From NCBI GenBank assembly GCA_024638645.1, contig JAHEJX010000006.1, positions 9,776 to 73,775 of the forward strand: DNA of 64,000 nucleotides. The letters run 5' to 3'. The notes under the pieces are model-generated. The model had not been told where the DNA came from, did not search any database, and saw nothing but the letters and a program-made list of their open reading frames with translations. This DNA is from Actinomycetes bacterium. GTDB taxonomy: Bacteria > Actinomycetota > Acidimicrobiia > Spongiisociales > UBA5794. The first letter of the stretch is position 1. The number at the start of each line of letters is the position of its first letter. Position numbers and translations under genes: made by a program. This document shows positions 52,345 through 62,179 of the stretch, piece by piece.

Positions 52345-53262
52345 ATGACCGCTGCCGCTGCGGGGGGTTTGATCTCGACGAGCCGGCTCGGCCATGCATA
52401 TGGCGAGATCGTCGCGCTCCACCACCTCGATTTCGAGGTACCGGACGGCCGGATTGGCCTCGTCGGCGCCAATGGAGCGGGCAAGAGCACCTTGATCAAG
52501 GTCCTGCTCGGCATTCTCTCGCCAACCGACGGCAACGCGACGGTTCTCGGACACGACGTTCAGCGCGATCCGATTGGCCTCAGAGCGCGAGTTGGCTACA
52601 TGCCCGAGGAGTCTTGCCTTCCGCTTTCGCAAACCGCCGCAGACTTCACGGTGTACGCGGCTGAGCTGGCAGGGATCCCAACCAAGGCCGCCCGGCAGAG
52701 GGCATCTGATGTCTTGACCCTCGTAGGCCTGCACGAAGAGCGCTTCCGATACTTGGGCGAGTTCTCCACAGGAATGAAGCAAAGGGCCATGCTCGCCCAG
52801 GCAATCGTGCACGACCCCGAACTTGTCTTTCTAGACGAGCCAACCGCCGGGCTCGACCCCGAAGGCCGCGCAGAGATGCTCGAGCTGATTGCCCGTCTCG
52901 GCGACTTCGGTATCAACGTGCTCGTGTCATCCCATGTGCTCACGGACATCGAGTCGACGTGCGACTGGGTCGTGATGCTCGACGGCGGCAGAGTGCTGCG
53001 AACCGGGCCGCTCAGCGGTATCACTGGTAGCGACACCGTCGATGTCGAGCTCTTCGGGACCCATGATGTGGTAATCGAGCATCTCCAATCTCGCGGTGCA
53101 ACTGTTGAGGTACGCGGCAAGGTCCTGCGGATCAGCTCCGAGGAAGATTCGTTCGACATGATCCGAGACGTTCTTGCGGAAACCGGAGTCGGCATGCGTC
53201 GCCTTTCCCAATCAGCCCGCACCCTCGAAGACGTTTTCCTCGCGGAAGGCAACGTCGAATGA
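52345..53262 (+). CDS. ABC-2 type ATP-binding protein
   Basis: GANGAGKST, FSTGMKQR, LDEPT, SSH. Confidence 0.92.
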   Translation: MTAAAAGGLISTSRLGHAYGEIVALHHLDFEVPDGRIGLVGANGAGKSTLIKVLLGILSPTDGNATVLGHDVQRDPIGLRARVGYMPEESCLPLSQTAADFTVYAAELAGIPTKAARQRASDVLTLVGLHEERFRYLGEFSTGMKQRAMLAQAIVHDPELVFLDEPTAGLDPEGRAEMLELIARLGDFGINVLVSSHVLTDIESTCDWVVMLDGGRVLRTGPLSGITGSDTVDVELFGTHDVVIEHLQSRGATVEVRGKVLRISSEEDSFDMIRDVLAETGVGMRRLSQSARTLEDVFLAEGNVE

Positions 53263-54155
53263 CTGCTGAACAGGGCGCCGTCTTCGATCTTGGATACCAA
53301 CCTCACGAGGGGCCGCGACTGGGCCGTCGCGGGGCGATACTCGCAACGCTGCGCGACGGACTGCGCCGCATCCTCGGGCTGCGCCGCAAAGCGCGTAAGA
53401 AGATCATGCCTTGGTTACTTTTCGGGATCGCTTTGCTCCCGGTCATTGCCATTGTCGGCCTCTCGTTCTTCACGAGCACCGTGCTCGGCGAGGCGGGGCC
53501 GGAGAACCCGTTCGCCGGCCATCCAAACATCTTCACACTGACTACGAGCGTATTCCTGATCTTCACCGCGCTTGCCGGTCCCGAATTGCTCATACCCGAT
53601 CGCGTCGAGGGCGTGCTGTCCGTCTACGCCTCCCGCCCCATGCGGATCAGCGACTACCTGGGAGCGCGTGCCGGTGCTCTCGCAGTCGCAGCAGGAGGCT
53701 TCCTCGTTCTGCCCCAGTTGGTGCTGTACATAGGGCTCGCCTCGTTGCATCCGGACGGGTGGTTCTCAGGCCTGACGGCCAACCTCTCCGACATTCCCAA
53801 GATTCTGTTGGCCTCGCTGTTCTATCTGCTCGCATATGGGGCTCCCGCATTCTTGATCAGCATGTTTGCCAAGCGACTCGGCCCCGCCTGGGGCGTGTAT
53901 TTGGCGGTGATGATCCTCTCGACGGCATTCGCAGTTGCCATCTCCGAGGCCACGGCGGGAATCGGGCGCTGGGCGGCGCTTGCTGCCCTGAGCATCAACC
54001 CCGACATCGTGATGGACTGGATATTTGGACAAACAACGGTTCGCGAAGGAATCTCGAGCGCCGGCTTCAGCCCGATGTGGAGCGTCGGTGTGATCCTCGG
54101 CATAGCAATTGTCACCTGGATCGTGGGGCTGCGCCGCTATCGGAGCCTGCTGTGA
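53259..54155 (+). CDS. ABC-2 type permease
   Basis: About 6 TM; YASRP..DYL motif; overlaps flanking ATPase genes. Confidence 0.85.
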   Translation: MTAEQGAVFDLGYQPHEGPRLGRRGAILATLRDGLRRILGLRRKARKKIMPWLLFGIALLPVIAIVGLSFFTSTVLGEAGPENPFAGHPNIFTLTTSVFLIFTALAGPELLIPDRVEGVLSVYASRPMRISDYLGARAGALAVAAGGFLVLPQLVLYIGLASLHPDGWFSGLTANLSDIPKILLASLFYLLAYGAPAFLISMFAKRLGPAWGVYLAVMILSTAFAVAISEATAGIGRWAALAALSINPDIVMDWIFGQTTVREGISSAGFSPMWSVGVILGIAIVTWIVGLRRYRSLL

Positions 54156-55171
54156 CGGCGCCTCCTCCCCCGCCACCGATGCCGGCCGAGCCGGCGGCGC
54201 CCCCACCGCTGGAGGCCATCCCGCCGCCTGTTGCCAATCCGGCTTACGCCGCCAATCCCACAATCGCAGCCGACTCCGTGTCGAAGTTCTTCGGGCAGAA
54301 GGTCGCCGTGAGCAACGTGAGCGTATCGTTTGGGCCGGGCATCACCGGCCTGCTTGGCCCCAATGGCGCGGGAAAGACAACGCTGCTGCGAGTGCTCGCC
54401 GGCTTGCTCGTTCCTTCAGAAGGTGCCGTTACCGTCCTCGGCAGGAACCCACGCCGCGACCACAGCGTTTATCGCGACGTCGGCCTGGTACCCGAAGAGA
54501 GCTCCATCTATCCGTCGATGACCGGCCGCGAATACGTCGAATACGCAGCCAAACTCGCCGGATTCTCTAAGCCGCGGCTAGCGGCAATCAATGCGCTTCA
54601 GGAGGTGTCGCTCGAACAAGATGCAGATCGCGAGCTGGCCGGCTACAGCAAGGGCATGCGGCAGCGCGCCAAAGTCGCCGCCGCACTGGTTCACGATCCG
54701 GCGGTGTTGATCCTCGACGAACCCCTCAACGGCACCGACCCGGTACAGCGGGTTCACCTGATCAGGGCGTTCAAAAGGCTGGCCGAGACCGGCCACACCG
54801 TGATCGTTTCATCTCATGTGCTCCAGGAAGTCGAGCGCATGGCAACTCGTATCGTGGCGATGGTCGACGGCAGGCTCGCCGCAGCCGGCGACATTCATGC
54901 AATCCGCAGCGCGATGTCAGACATCCCATATCGGGTAACTCTCACCGCCGAACCCGCTCGTCCCTTGGCCCGTGAGCTCATGGGGGTGCCCGCCGTCGAC
55001 GGCGTGACGCTGCTTGGCAAGGGCTCGGTGTCGGTGCAAACTAACGACATCACGGCTCTCGGTACAGCTCTGCCGAAGATCGCCAAGGACTTGGGGGTTC
55101 GCCTAACCCACTACAGCCCCGACGATGAGTCGCTCGAGTCGGTTTTCCGCCATCTGGTGGGTAAACGATGA
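54152..55171 (+). CDS. ABC-2 type ATP-binding protein with Pro-rich N-terminus
   Basis: GPNGAGKTT, YSKGMRQR, LDEP, SSH; GTG overlaps permease TGA. Confidence 0.9.
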   Translation: MTAPPPPPPMPAEPAAPPPLEAIPPPVANPAYAANPTIAADSVSKFFGQKVAVSNVSVSFGPGITGLLGPNGAGKTTLLRVLAGLLVPSEGAVTVLGRNPRRDHSVYRDVGLVPEESSIYPSMTGREYVEYAAKLAGFSKPRLAAINALQEVSLEQDADRELAGYSKGMRQRAKVAAALVHDPAVLILDEPLNGTDPVQRVHLIRAFKRLAETGHTVIVSSHVLQEVERMATRIVAMVDGRLAAAGDIHAIRSAMSDIPYRVTLTAEPARPLARELMGVPAVDGVTLLGKGSVSVQTNDITALGTALPKIAKDLGVRLTHYSPDDESLESVFRHLVGKR

Positions 55172-55917
55172 CTGCCACGCTCTCTATCGTTGCGGTGACG
55201 GCTCGCAATGTCCTCGGGCTACGCCGAATGGTCGGCTTTGGACTGCTGGCGGCCTTCCCGGCCTTCATCTTCTTCTTGACAAGCCGGCAGTCTTCAGATG
55301 TGGGGCGACTCGAGAACTTCACGGGGTCGTCCCTCTTCATCTTCCTCGCAGTTGTGGTGCCAATCATCACAGTCGTTGTCTCCGGCTCGGTCCTCGGCTC
55401 GGAACGCCGGGGCAACACTATGTCGTTCCTGATGCTGCGGCCGCTGAGCCGCTACACGATCGCCGGCGCCAAGCTGGTTTCGGCTGTCGCCGCCTCCTTC
55501 GCGATCTCGGCCGTCGGGGCAGTGTTGCTCGGTCTGATGGCGAGCATCTCGTTCGACGACTTCGGTTATTTGATCGGTTTGCTCGGCGGCACGCTGCTGG
55601 CCAATGCCGGTTACGCCGCCATCTTCATGCCCATCGGATACCTGACGGAACGGGCCACGCTGACGGGGTTCATCTATATCTTCGTCTGGGAGTCGGCTAT
55701 TGCCGCGATCATCACGGGCCTGAGCGGAACCTCGCTATGGCGGATCGCCGCGACCGGCTTCGCCGCCCTTGCAGAAAGACTGGACGGCGAGATTCTCGAT
55801 GCCGCCCTCGGCTCCCTGACGCCGGGCGTCGGAGGCGCAATCACCAAGGTGGCCGTCATCTGCGCCATTTCGGTGGTCATCACGGCCTACCTACTCCAGT
55901 CGCGGGATCTCACCTAA
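55168..55917 (+). CDS. ABC-2 type permease
   Basis: About 6 TM; E...T..FL..RP.SR..I..AK; ends RDLT. Confidence 0.85.
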   Translation: MTATLSIVAVTARNVLGLRRMVGFGLLAAFPAFIFFLTSRQSSDVGRLENFTGSSLFIFLAVVVPIITVVVSGSVLGSERRGNTMSFLMLRPLSRYTIAGAKLVSAVAASFAISAVGAVLLGLMASISFDDFGYLIGLLGGTLLANAGYAAIFMPIGYLTERATLTGFIYIFVWESAIAAIITGLSGTSLWRIAATGFAALAERLDGEILDAALGSLTPGVGGAITKVAVICAISVVITAYLLQSRDLT

Positions 55918-55976
55918 CGTTTCATTGCCGGCGCACAGGCGCTGCTCCTCGCTACCTTGCCGGCCGAGGAGAGTTC

Positions 55977-57539
55977 GTGAGCGAATCAACACTCAACAAG
56001 AGGTTGGGGGCCGCTGCCCTCATCGTGTCCGGCGGCGTGCTCCTGTCCCGCATCCTTGGGCAGCTCCGTGAGATCATTTTTGCGGCGCTGCTCGGCGCCG
56101 ACGGCATCACGGACCAGTACGTTGCAGCATTCCGGATTCCCGACTTCCTGAACTACTTGCTGGCCGGCGGTTTCCTCTCGATCACGTTCATCCCGATCTT
56201 CGCCAAGTACCTCGCCGACGATGACGAAGCCGGGGGTTGGAAGGCACTGTCTGCGGTGCTGCGTCCGATTGCTATCGGCATCGTCGTCTTGGTGGTGGTC
56301 GGTATGGCGGTGGCGCCGTGGGTCATCGATGCGATCTACCCGGAGTTCACAGACTCACAGGTCGCCGCCACGGTGCGCCTGACCCGCATCGTGTTGCCGG
56401 CCCAGGTGTTCTTTGTACTCGGGGCTCTGTTCTCGGCAGTGCAGTACGCCAAGGGCGAGTTCCTCGTGCCGACCATCGCTCCGATCGTCTACAACCTCGG
56501 AATCATTGGAGGCGGCGTCCTATACGCGCAGGCTTCCGGAGTCGCCGATCCTGAAGGGTTCATCTGGGGTGCACTGGTCGGGGCGTTCGTGGGGAACTTC
56601 GCTCTGCAGTGGTGGGGGGCGCGGCGCGTAGGCATGCAGCTAGACCTTGCGACCCAGTGGAGGCACCCGGCACTCTTGCAGTACGTGGCGATTGCACTGC
56701 CGCTGATGATCGGCCAATCGATCGTCGTACTCGACGAGACCTTCATGTCGACTTTTGGCGGTTTGGCCGGCGACGGTGCCCAGACCCAGCTGCTCTACGC
56801 GCGGCGTACGATGTTCGTCCCGATCGGTGTCGTGGCTCAGGCGGCGGGTGTAGCCGCCTATCCGTTCCTCGCCAGGCTGTTCGCCGAAGGCAAACATCGC
56901 GAGATGGCAGACACCGTTGACCGCACCCTGCGTTGGGTATTGGCGCTTTCGATCCTGGCCGCTGGGGCCATTGCCTCGCTGTCGGTACCGACGATCCGAA
57001 CACTCTTCGAGCGAGCAGCCTTCAAGCCGGACGACACCCTCGCGGCAGCCAGTGCCCTGTTCTTCTACTCGCTCGCGATACCCATTTGGGGCGGCCTTCA
57101 GGTGATCACGAGAGCCTTCTACGCCCGCACCCAAATGTGGACTCCGGTCGTTGTCGGCACCGCGGCCACGTTGCTGGCGATTCCCACCTATTGGCTGATG
57201 CAACGGGAGTTCGGCCTCGAGGGCGTCGCAGCCGCCAGTGTCATAGCTCTCGGTGGATACACCGTGGCGCTGGCGGTCATCTGGTACCGCGATCCGGATC
57301 ACAGAGCTCGCGCCGGCTCCATTCTCGAAGGCGCAGGACGCGCCCTTCCCCTAGCAGTAGGCGGCGGGGCAGCCGCCTGGGCAGTCGCCAGAGTCCTAGA
57401 GAGCTCTCTCGGAACGAGCTTCCTCGGCTCGCTGGCAACGCTCCTAGGAGGCGGCGTCACTTACGTTGGCGTCGCACTCGCCCTCGCGCTCGCCTTCTAC
57501 CCCTTGACAATTCGCCAACCCGAAGAGGGCAGTACCTGA
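55977..57539 (+). CDS. murJ: Lipid II flippase MurJ/MviN
   Basis: SRILG..RE, AF.IPD, FIP, RAFYA; about 14 TM. Confidence 0.9.
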   Translation: MSESTLNKRLGAAALIVSGGVLLSRILGQLREIIFAALLGADGITDQYVAAFRIPDFLNYLLAGGFLSITFIPIFAKYLADDDEAGGWKALSAVLRPIAIGIVVLVVVGMAVAPWVIDAIYPEFTDSQVAATVRLTRIVLPAQVFFVLGALFSAVQYAKGEFLVPTIAPIVYNLGIIGGGVLYAQASGVADPEGFIWGALVGAFVGNFALQWWGARRVGMQLDLATQWRHPALLQYVAIALPLMIGQSIVVLDETFMSTFGGLAGDGAQTQLLYARRTMFVPIGVVAQAAGVAAYPFLARLFAEGKHREMADTVDRTLRWVLALSILAAGAIASLSVPTIRTLFERAAFKPDDTLAAASALFFYSLAIPIWGGLQVITRAFYARTQMWTPVVVGTAATLLAIPTYWLMQREFGLEGVAAASVIALGGYTVALAVIWYRDPDHRARAGSILEGAGRALPLAVGGGAAAWAVARVLESSLGTSFLGSLATLLGGGVTYVGVALALALAFYPLTIRQPEEGST

Positions 57540-57565
57540 TACCGGATACTGGCTACCGGATACCG
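57531..57565. repeat. Degenerate heptamer array between convergent murJ and sodN
   Basis: TGATACC GGATACT GGCTACC GGATACC, overlapping murJ TGA. Confidence 0.8.
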
Positions 57566-57578
57566 CTGAAGCTCCGCT

Positions 57579-57995
57579 TCAGCTTGGCGGATACACCCCG
57601 GCAGAAGCCGAAGCTTCCGTCTGCCAGAAGATGTCTGCGATCTCGGAAATCAGCTCGATGAGCTTCTCGCTGACTTCGGGATCGACCGACTTCTTGGCTT
57701 CGCCGGCCTGTTTGATGGCATTCCAGAACAGGTCGTGAAGTTGGGGGAACTTCTCTAGGTGTGGCGGCTTGAAGAAATCGGTCCACAACACCGAAAGATG
57801 GTGCTTCACCAGTTCGGCCCGCTCTTCTTTGACAAGGATGCAGCGGTCACGGAACACCGGATCATCCGATGCGTGATACTTCGTGCAGCAATTGAGCACC
57901 GACTTGGCCTCGATCATCGCCTGCGCCGGGTCGTACACCCCGCAGAAGAGATCGCAGTGAGCATGAGCCAACCGGCTCGGCTTGAAAAGACCCAT
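57579..57995 (-). CDS. sodN: Nickel superoxide dismutase precursor
   Basis: 12-aa leader ending AHA, then HCDLFCGVYDPAQA, KE.RAE.VKH, LWTDFFK; GGAGG RBS. Confidence 0.92.
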   Translation of the reverse strand: MGLFKPSRLAHAHCDLFCGVYDPAQAMIEAKSVLNCCTKYHASDDPVFRDRCILVKEERAELVKHHLSVLWTDFFKPPHLEKFPQLHDLFWNAIKQAGEAKKSVDPEVSEKLIELISEIADIFWQTEASASAGVYPPS

Positions 57996-58106
57996 CAGGC
58001 ACCTCCACCTTCGACGTTCGTTACCTTCGTGTTCGGACAGTGACCCTACACGGCGCAACAGTACGCCGACGCAGTGTTCCAGAGCCGGCCGTGCGATGAT
58101 CACTTC

Positions 58107-58607
58107 GTGTCATCTACCGCTCGACCTCGTGCCGCAGCCGTAGCGGCGATCATGGCCGCGATCGCCGCAATGATCGTTGCCGTGTTCCGCAACAGCGTCG
58201 CTCGATTCGAAGTTGTAGACAACTCGATGCGGCCGGCGCTTGCCCCCGGCGACTACCTGGTCGCCGTCCGCACGGCAACGCCGCGACGCGGAGACATCGT
58301 CGTATTCCCTGACCGTACGCAGCCCAATCGGGACCTGGTCAAACGCGTTATCGGCCTGGCCGGCGAGACAATCACGGTCAAAGCGGGCGACATCGACATA
58401 GATGGTGAGCCTTTCACAGAGCCCTGGGCTGACGGCCCCACTCTCCCAAACGGCCAATGGCACAACCCGCCAAACACCATCTTCGTACTCGGCGACAATC
58501 GCAGCTTGTCGAGCGGGGACAGTCGCGTCGCGGGATCAGTGCGTGTGGACGAGATGTATCGAGTCGTATACCGCTACTGGCCCGTCTCGTCGGTCGGTCG
58601 TCTCTGA
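58107..58607 (+). CDS. S26 signal peptidase-like protease, likely NiSOD maturation protease (SodX-like)
   Basis: NSMRPAL.PGD, VKRVIG, GDNR..S.DSR; divergent from sodN. Confidence 0.8.
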   Translation: MSSTARPRAAAVAAIMAAIAAMIVAVFRNSVARFEVVDNSMRPALAPGDYLVAVRTATPRRGDIVVFPDRTQPNRDLVKRVIGLAGETITVKAGDIDIDGEPFTEPWADGPTLPNGQWHNPPNTIFVLGDNRSLSSGDSRVAGSVRVDEMYRVVYRYWPVSSVGRL

Positions 58608-61501
58608 CCTTCTTGCCCTAGTCGCTGCCGGGACATGGTGTCGGCAACGCTGCTGCGCTTCATCACTCGCCTTGCGATGGCTTCGGCGGCGTCCTCCGGA
58701 CGAGCCAGCCACCGCGACTCCATCGCCGTCATCAGGTCCCAGCCGGCGCCGCGCAAGGCGATATGGCGATCCATGTGCGCCGAGACTCCGGCAGGGTGAA
58801 CTGTGCATTCGACCCCAATGGCGCCTTCGCCCGCACCAACCACGATGTCAACGGCGTAGCCACCAACGGGATAGTCGGCCCACAGAGGAAGGCCGTACGG
58901 CCGCAGTGCCTCCAGCACCGCTCCCTTCCATCCCGTGTGATCCGAAGCGGGGGATGGACGCGGACCGACCGGCGCCCGCTCGGCATGGCGCAGGTAGTCG
59001 AGTAGCAACCCGTCCCCTAGCCCTTCGGGATCCATGGAAAGCAACACCGTGACATCCACCCTTGCTCGAGTGATCATGACGTTGAACAGGTTCGGGTCTT
59101 CAACGAAACGCAACGAGCGGGAATCTTCCGGCCCCACTCCCAGCGACACGATCATGTTGTCCCGTTCATTGCCCTGGAATCCGTGCACCGTGGCGATGCG
59201 AAGATCGAGGGCGTCGAGATCCTCGGGAGAAAGACGCTTCTGGGCCTCACGCGCAATGGCGTCTGCTTGGGCTCGGAACGGCGTGACCACCCCTACCGAG
59301 GTGCCGCCAGACGCTTTGGCCTGCTCGATCAAAGCAAAGACTCTTTCCAGCTCGGCGCGAACAACGCCTTTTCCGTCGCGCTCCCCCACAACTCGTTCCA
59401 CATGAATCACGTCCTCCGACGAGTATGCGGGGTGTTCCGTCATGAGTTGCAGGCGTCCGCCGTAAAAGCGCCGGTTGGAGAATTCGATCAGGTGCCGCGA
59501 CGACCGGTAGTGCTCACTGAGCTGCATCACAGGAGTGGTGCCGGCGGCAACGTCGAAGAGGCTGTTGCGCCGGATGTCGAGCAAGGGCGTCGATTCGATG
59601 CCTACCTGTCCGGCGGCATCGCGCATTGCATCGTCGCCCACGAAACTCACGTGGCGCAACTGCCGAGGATCTCCGATCACCACCGCACGCACTCCCCTGG
59701 CCAGCGACGTTGCGGCTCGAACCTGGTTGACCTGCGATGCCTCGTCGATGATCACGACGTCAAACATGGCGGGCCGGATCGGCAGGACGTCGTCGATGTC
59801 TGCAATCGTGCCGAGCCAGAGCGGCAGCGCTTTGAGAGCGGCACCCATTTCAATGGTCCGCAGCGCCCGCCGCCGAGCCGATTGCCCGGATCGGAGCGCG
59901 GTTGCAAGCAGCCCAATGGAACGAGTTGCCCCGGGATCCCACGACCGACCCGATCGCAGCGCTTCGACATGCTGGCCGAAGAGGGTGCGAACTTCCTCTG
60001 AGACCCTATCGAGTTCTGCAAACGACTCGGCGATGCTCTGGGCGGCGGTGGCCTGGCCGGCCCTGATGCTTCTCTCGGCCTCGATCAGTTCCACAACGGC
60101 TACCCGGACCCGGTCTATCGATTCCGGGGTGATCCGAAGCATCGCGGCGATCCGTCGGATTGCGGCATTGCGGCGCAGCCCGCTGAACAGGCCACCAGCA
60201 TCCTCTCGCCTCTGGATGAGCCGGGCAAGCTCCTCCGTACGACCGGCATCCGCAAGCACATCGGTAAGTCCCGGAGCGTCGGCGAAACACCACGAGTTGC
60301 GGCGCCGAGTCTCGAGCGCTCTCGAGAAATCGCGTTCGATTTGCAGCCGGCGCCGCACTGAGTGATCGATGCGTTCCAGTTGCTCTTCCATCTTCTCCAA
60401 TTGGCCAACGGTTCGCTGCAGGGAGCTTGTTGGATCCGACACCAGGCCATCCGACAACTCGACGGCCACCCGCTTGCGGGACGATCGCGATCCGAACCGC
60501 ACATGACGCGGGCTCGAGTACCTGCCGAGCAACGCCTCGACGGCATCAACGGCGTCGTCGGATTGGGCGGCGATCAGAACCGACTTGCCGTGCGCAATTT
60601 GATCGATCGCAATTGCCACGGCCGTGTGGGTCTTGCCGGTACCGGGTGGGCCCGATATGACCGTTACCGGGAGTTGCCTGGCGGCGAGGACGGATTGTTC
60701 TTGTTTGCTGTTGAGCGGTAGCGAGCTTGCCACGATGTGATTGACGTCTGGCTCGTCGGCGTATGTTCGTTCGGCGTATACCGAAGCCAGCGCGGTGCGG
60801 ACCAGCTTCTGGTCGGCCCACTCTCTGAGGGTCGACTCCAGGTTGATGGCGCTGCGATCGCGCGACGTGTACACCGCGAGACCGGTGTGCACGGTTAATT
60901 CACCCTCGGTTGGAACGACCGGCGACGTTGTCTTGGCAACCTTGATGGGGCGTGGCAGGCCTGCCTCGCGGCAAAAGCCGTCAACGAAGCCCTTGACCAA
61001 GTCCCAGCTCATGACACTGGCGTCGAGCGGGAACGCACCCTCGATGATGCCCTCCAATTCCTCGTTCAACCGCTCCCTGACCTTGTGATCGGGAAAGACG
61101 GTCTCGGGGACGGCCAGGTCGGAGTCGGCAATGATCTGGTACTCAGCAGCTGGGCTCGCGCCGGGGTGCGGGGCATTGGGCCGCCGGAGCCGAACCGGAG
61201 CTGAGGCCACCGGTAAGAAGACCGAGGTCTTCTTACCTGCGATATCGACACTCCCGGATAGGAACAACCAACCCATCCGCAGAAAGTCGCGGGAACCGTT
61301 TATGCGAGCCGCGCTCCACAGCCGCCACAGCTCGGTGGTCTTTCCCTCGACGACGAGCGTGCCGTCCTCCTCCGCAACAACTTTCCAAGGCCAAGGGATT
61401 GACACGATGTCGCCGTCCGCAGGAGCGTGACTCCACCGTGGCCCGCGTCCGACGGGGGCAAGTTCGGAGAAGTAGCGCAGTATCTCGCTCGGGAGAGGCA
61501 T
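58574..61501 (-). CDS. SF1 (UPF1/DNA2-like) helicase with C-terminal Vsr/restriction endonuclease-like domain
   Basis: LNSKQ, GPPGTGKT, IIDEASQ, GDPRQL, HYRS, TPFRAQ, TVHGFQGNE, ITRAR; C-terminal VDIVV..GVEC..R..AL...GW. Confidence 0.85.
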   Translation of the reverse strand: MPLPSEILRYFSELAPVGRGPRWSHAPADGDIVSIPWPWKVVAEEDGTLVVEGKTTELWRLWSAARINGSRDFLRMGWLFLSGSVDIAGKKTSVFLPVASAPVRLRRPNAPHPGASPAAEYQIIADSDLAVPETVFPDHKVRERLNEELEGIIEGAFPLDASVMSWDLVKGFVDGFCREAGLPRPIKVAKTTSPVVPTEGELTVHTGLAVYTSRDRSAINLESTLREWADQKLVRTALASVYAERTYADEPDVNHIVASSLPLNSKQEQSVLAARQLPVTVISGPPGTGKTHTAVAIAIDQIAHGKSVLIAAQSDDAVDAVEALLGRYSSPRHVRFGSRSSRKRVAVELSDGLVSDPTSSLQRTVGQLEKMEEQLERIDHSVRRRLQIERDFSRALETRRRNSWCFADAPGLTDVLADAGRTEELARLIQRREDAGGLFSGLRRNAAIRRIAAMLRITPESIDRVRVAVVELIEAERSIRAGQATAAQSIAESFAELDRVSEEVRTLFGQHVEALRSGRSWDPGATRSIGLLATALRSGQSARRRALRTIEMGAALKALPLWLGTIADIDDVLPIRPAMFDVVIIDEASQVNQVRAATSLARGVRAVVIGDPRQLRHVSFVGDDAMRDAAGQVGIESTPLLDIRRNSLFDVAAGTTPVMQLSEHYRSSRHLIEFSNRRFYGGRLQLMTEHPAYSSEDVIHVERVVGERDGKGVVRAELERVFALIEQAKASGGTSVGVVTPFRAQADAIAREAQKRLSPEDLDALDLRIATVHGFQGNERDNMIVSLGVGPEDSRSLRFVEDPNLFNVMITRARVDVTVLLSMDPEGLGDGLLLDYLRHAERAPVGPRPSPASDHTGWKGAVLEALRPYGLPLWADYPVGGYAVDIVVGAGEGAIGVECTVHPAGVSAHMDRHIALRGAGWDLMTAMESRWLARPEDAAEAIARRVMKRSSVADTMSRQRLGQEGQRRPTDETGQ

Positions 61502-61547
61502 CTGCGGAGGTTAGAGATGTCGCCGACGGCGCCAGTCCGGCCGATCG

Positions 61548-62126
61548 CTAGCCGTTGCCGAGGTTGCTCAATTCTTCGAACGTGAGGCAGTCGGTGATGA
61601 GACCGAAGATCGTCTCGGCCTGTTCCGGGTTCTGCAACGGATCGGTGTTGTCGCCGGTCAGCTGCGCTTTGGCAAGCGCTTGGATGAACTCGTCATCGAA
61701 TCCATCAGCTAGGCAGCCGGCCGACTCATCTGAGACTCCCCCCGCCGTGAATTCCTCGACGAACAGACTCCTGAAGTCCACACAATCCGTCATGAGCTTC
61801 GTCATACGATCGGCCTGGCCGTCGGAAAGCGGCACGTCGCCCGGCTCGGTGCCTGCCTCGATGTTCTCGACGCTCAAGCCGAGCTCGATCAGTTCCGCCG
61901 CCGTGAAACCTCCTGCGATGCCGTCGGAAAAGCAGCGCGCCTCTGGCTGTCCGAACGGGGTGTCATCGGTGCCGCCGGCCATGATCTGATTGAATATCGC
62001 ATCCGAGATAGCCTGCTGATCTGAATCGAGGCCGCTGCCGTTGCCGCCTTCGCCGCCACCGCCGCCACCGCAGGCCGTCGCTACAAGTGCGAATAGAGCT
62101 GCGACAACCAGACCACGCCGAATCAT
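61548..62126 (-). CDS. Hypothetical lipoprotein with two Cys-paired helical repeats
   Basis: Lipobox TAC, Gly-rich linker, EARC..TDC and SAGC..TDC repeats. Confidence 0.7.
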   Translation of the reverse strand: MIRRGLVVAALFALVATACGGGGGGEGGNGSGLDSDQQAISDAIFNQIMAGGTDDTPFGQPEARCFSDGIAGGFTAAELIELGLSVENIEAGTEPGDVPLSDGQADRMTKLMTDCVDFRSLFVEEFTAGGVSDESAGCLADGFDDEFIQALAKAQLTGDNTDPLQNPEQAETIFGLITDCLTFEELSNLGNG

Positions 62127-62179
62127 TGGAAATCCCTTTCGTTCAATCCGGCGAGCCTAATGGACACCCAACCCGTAGC

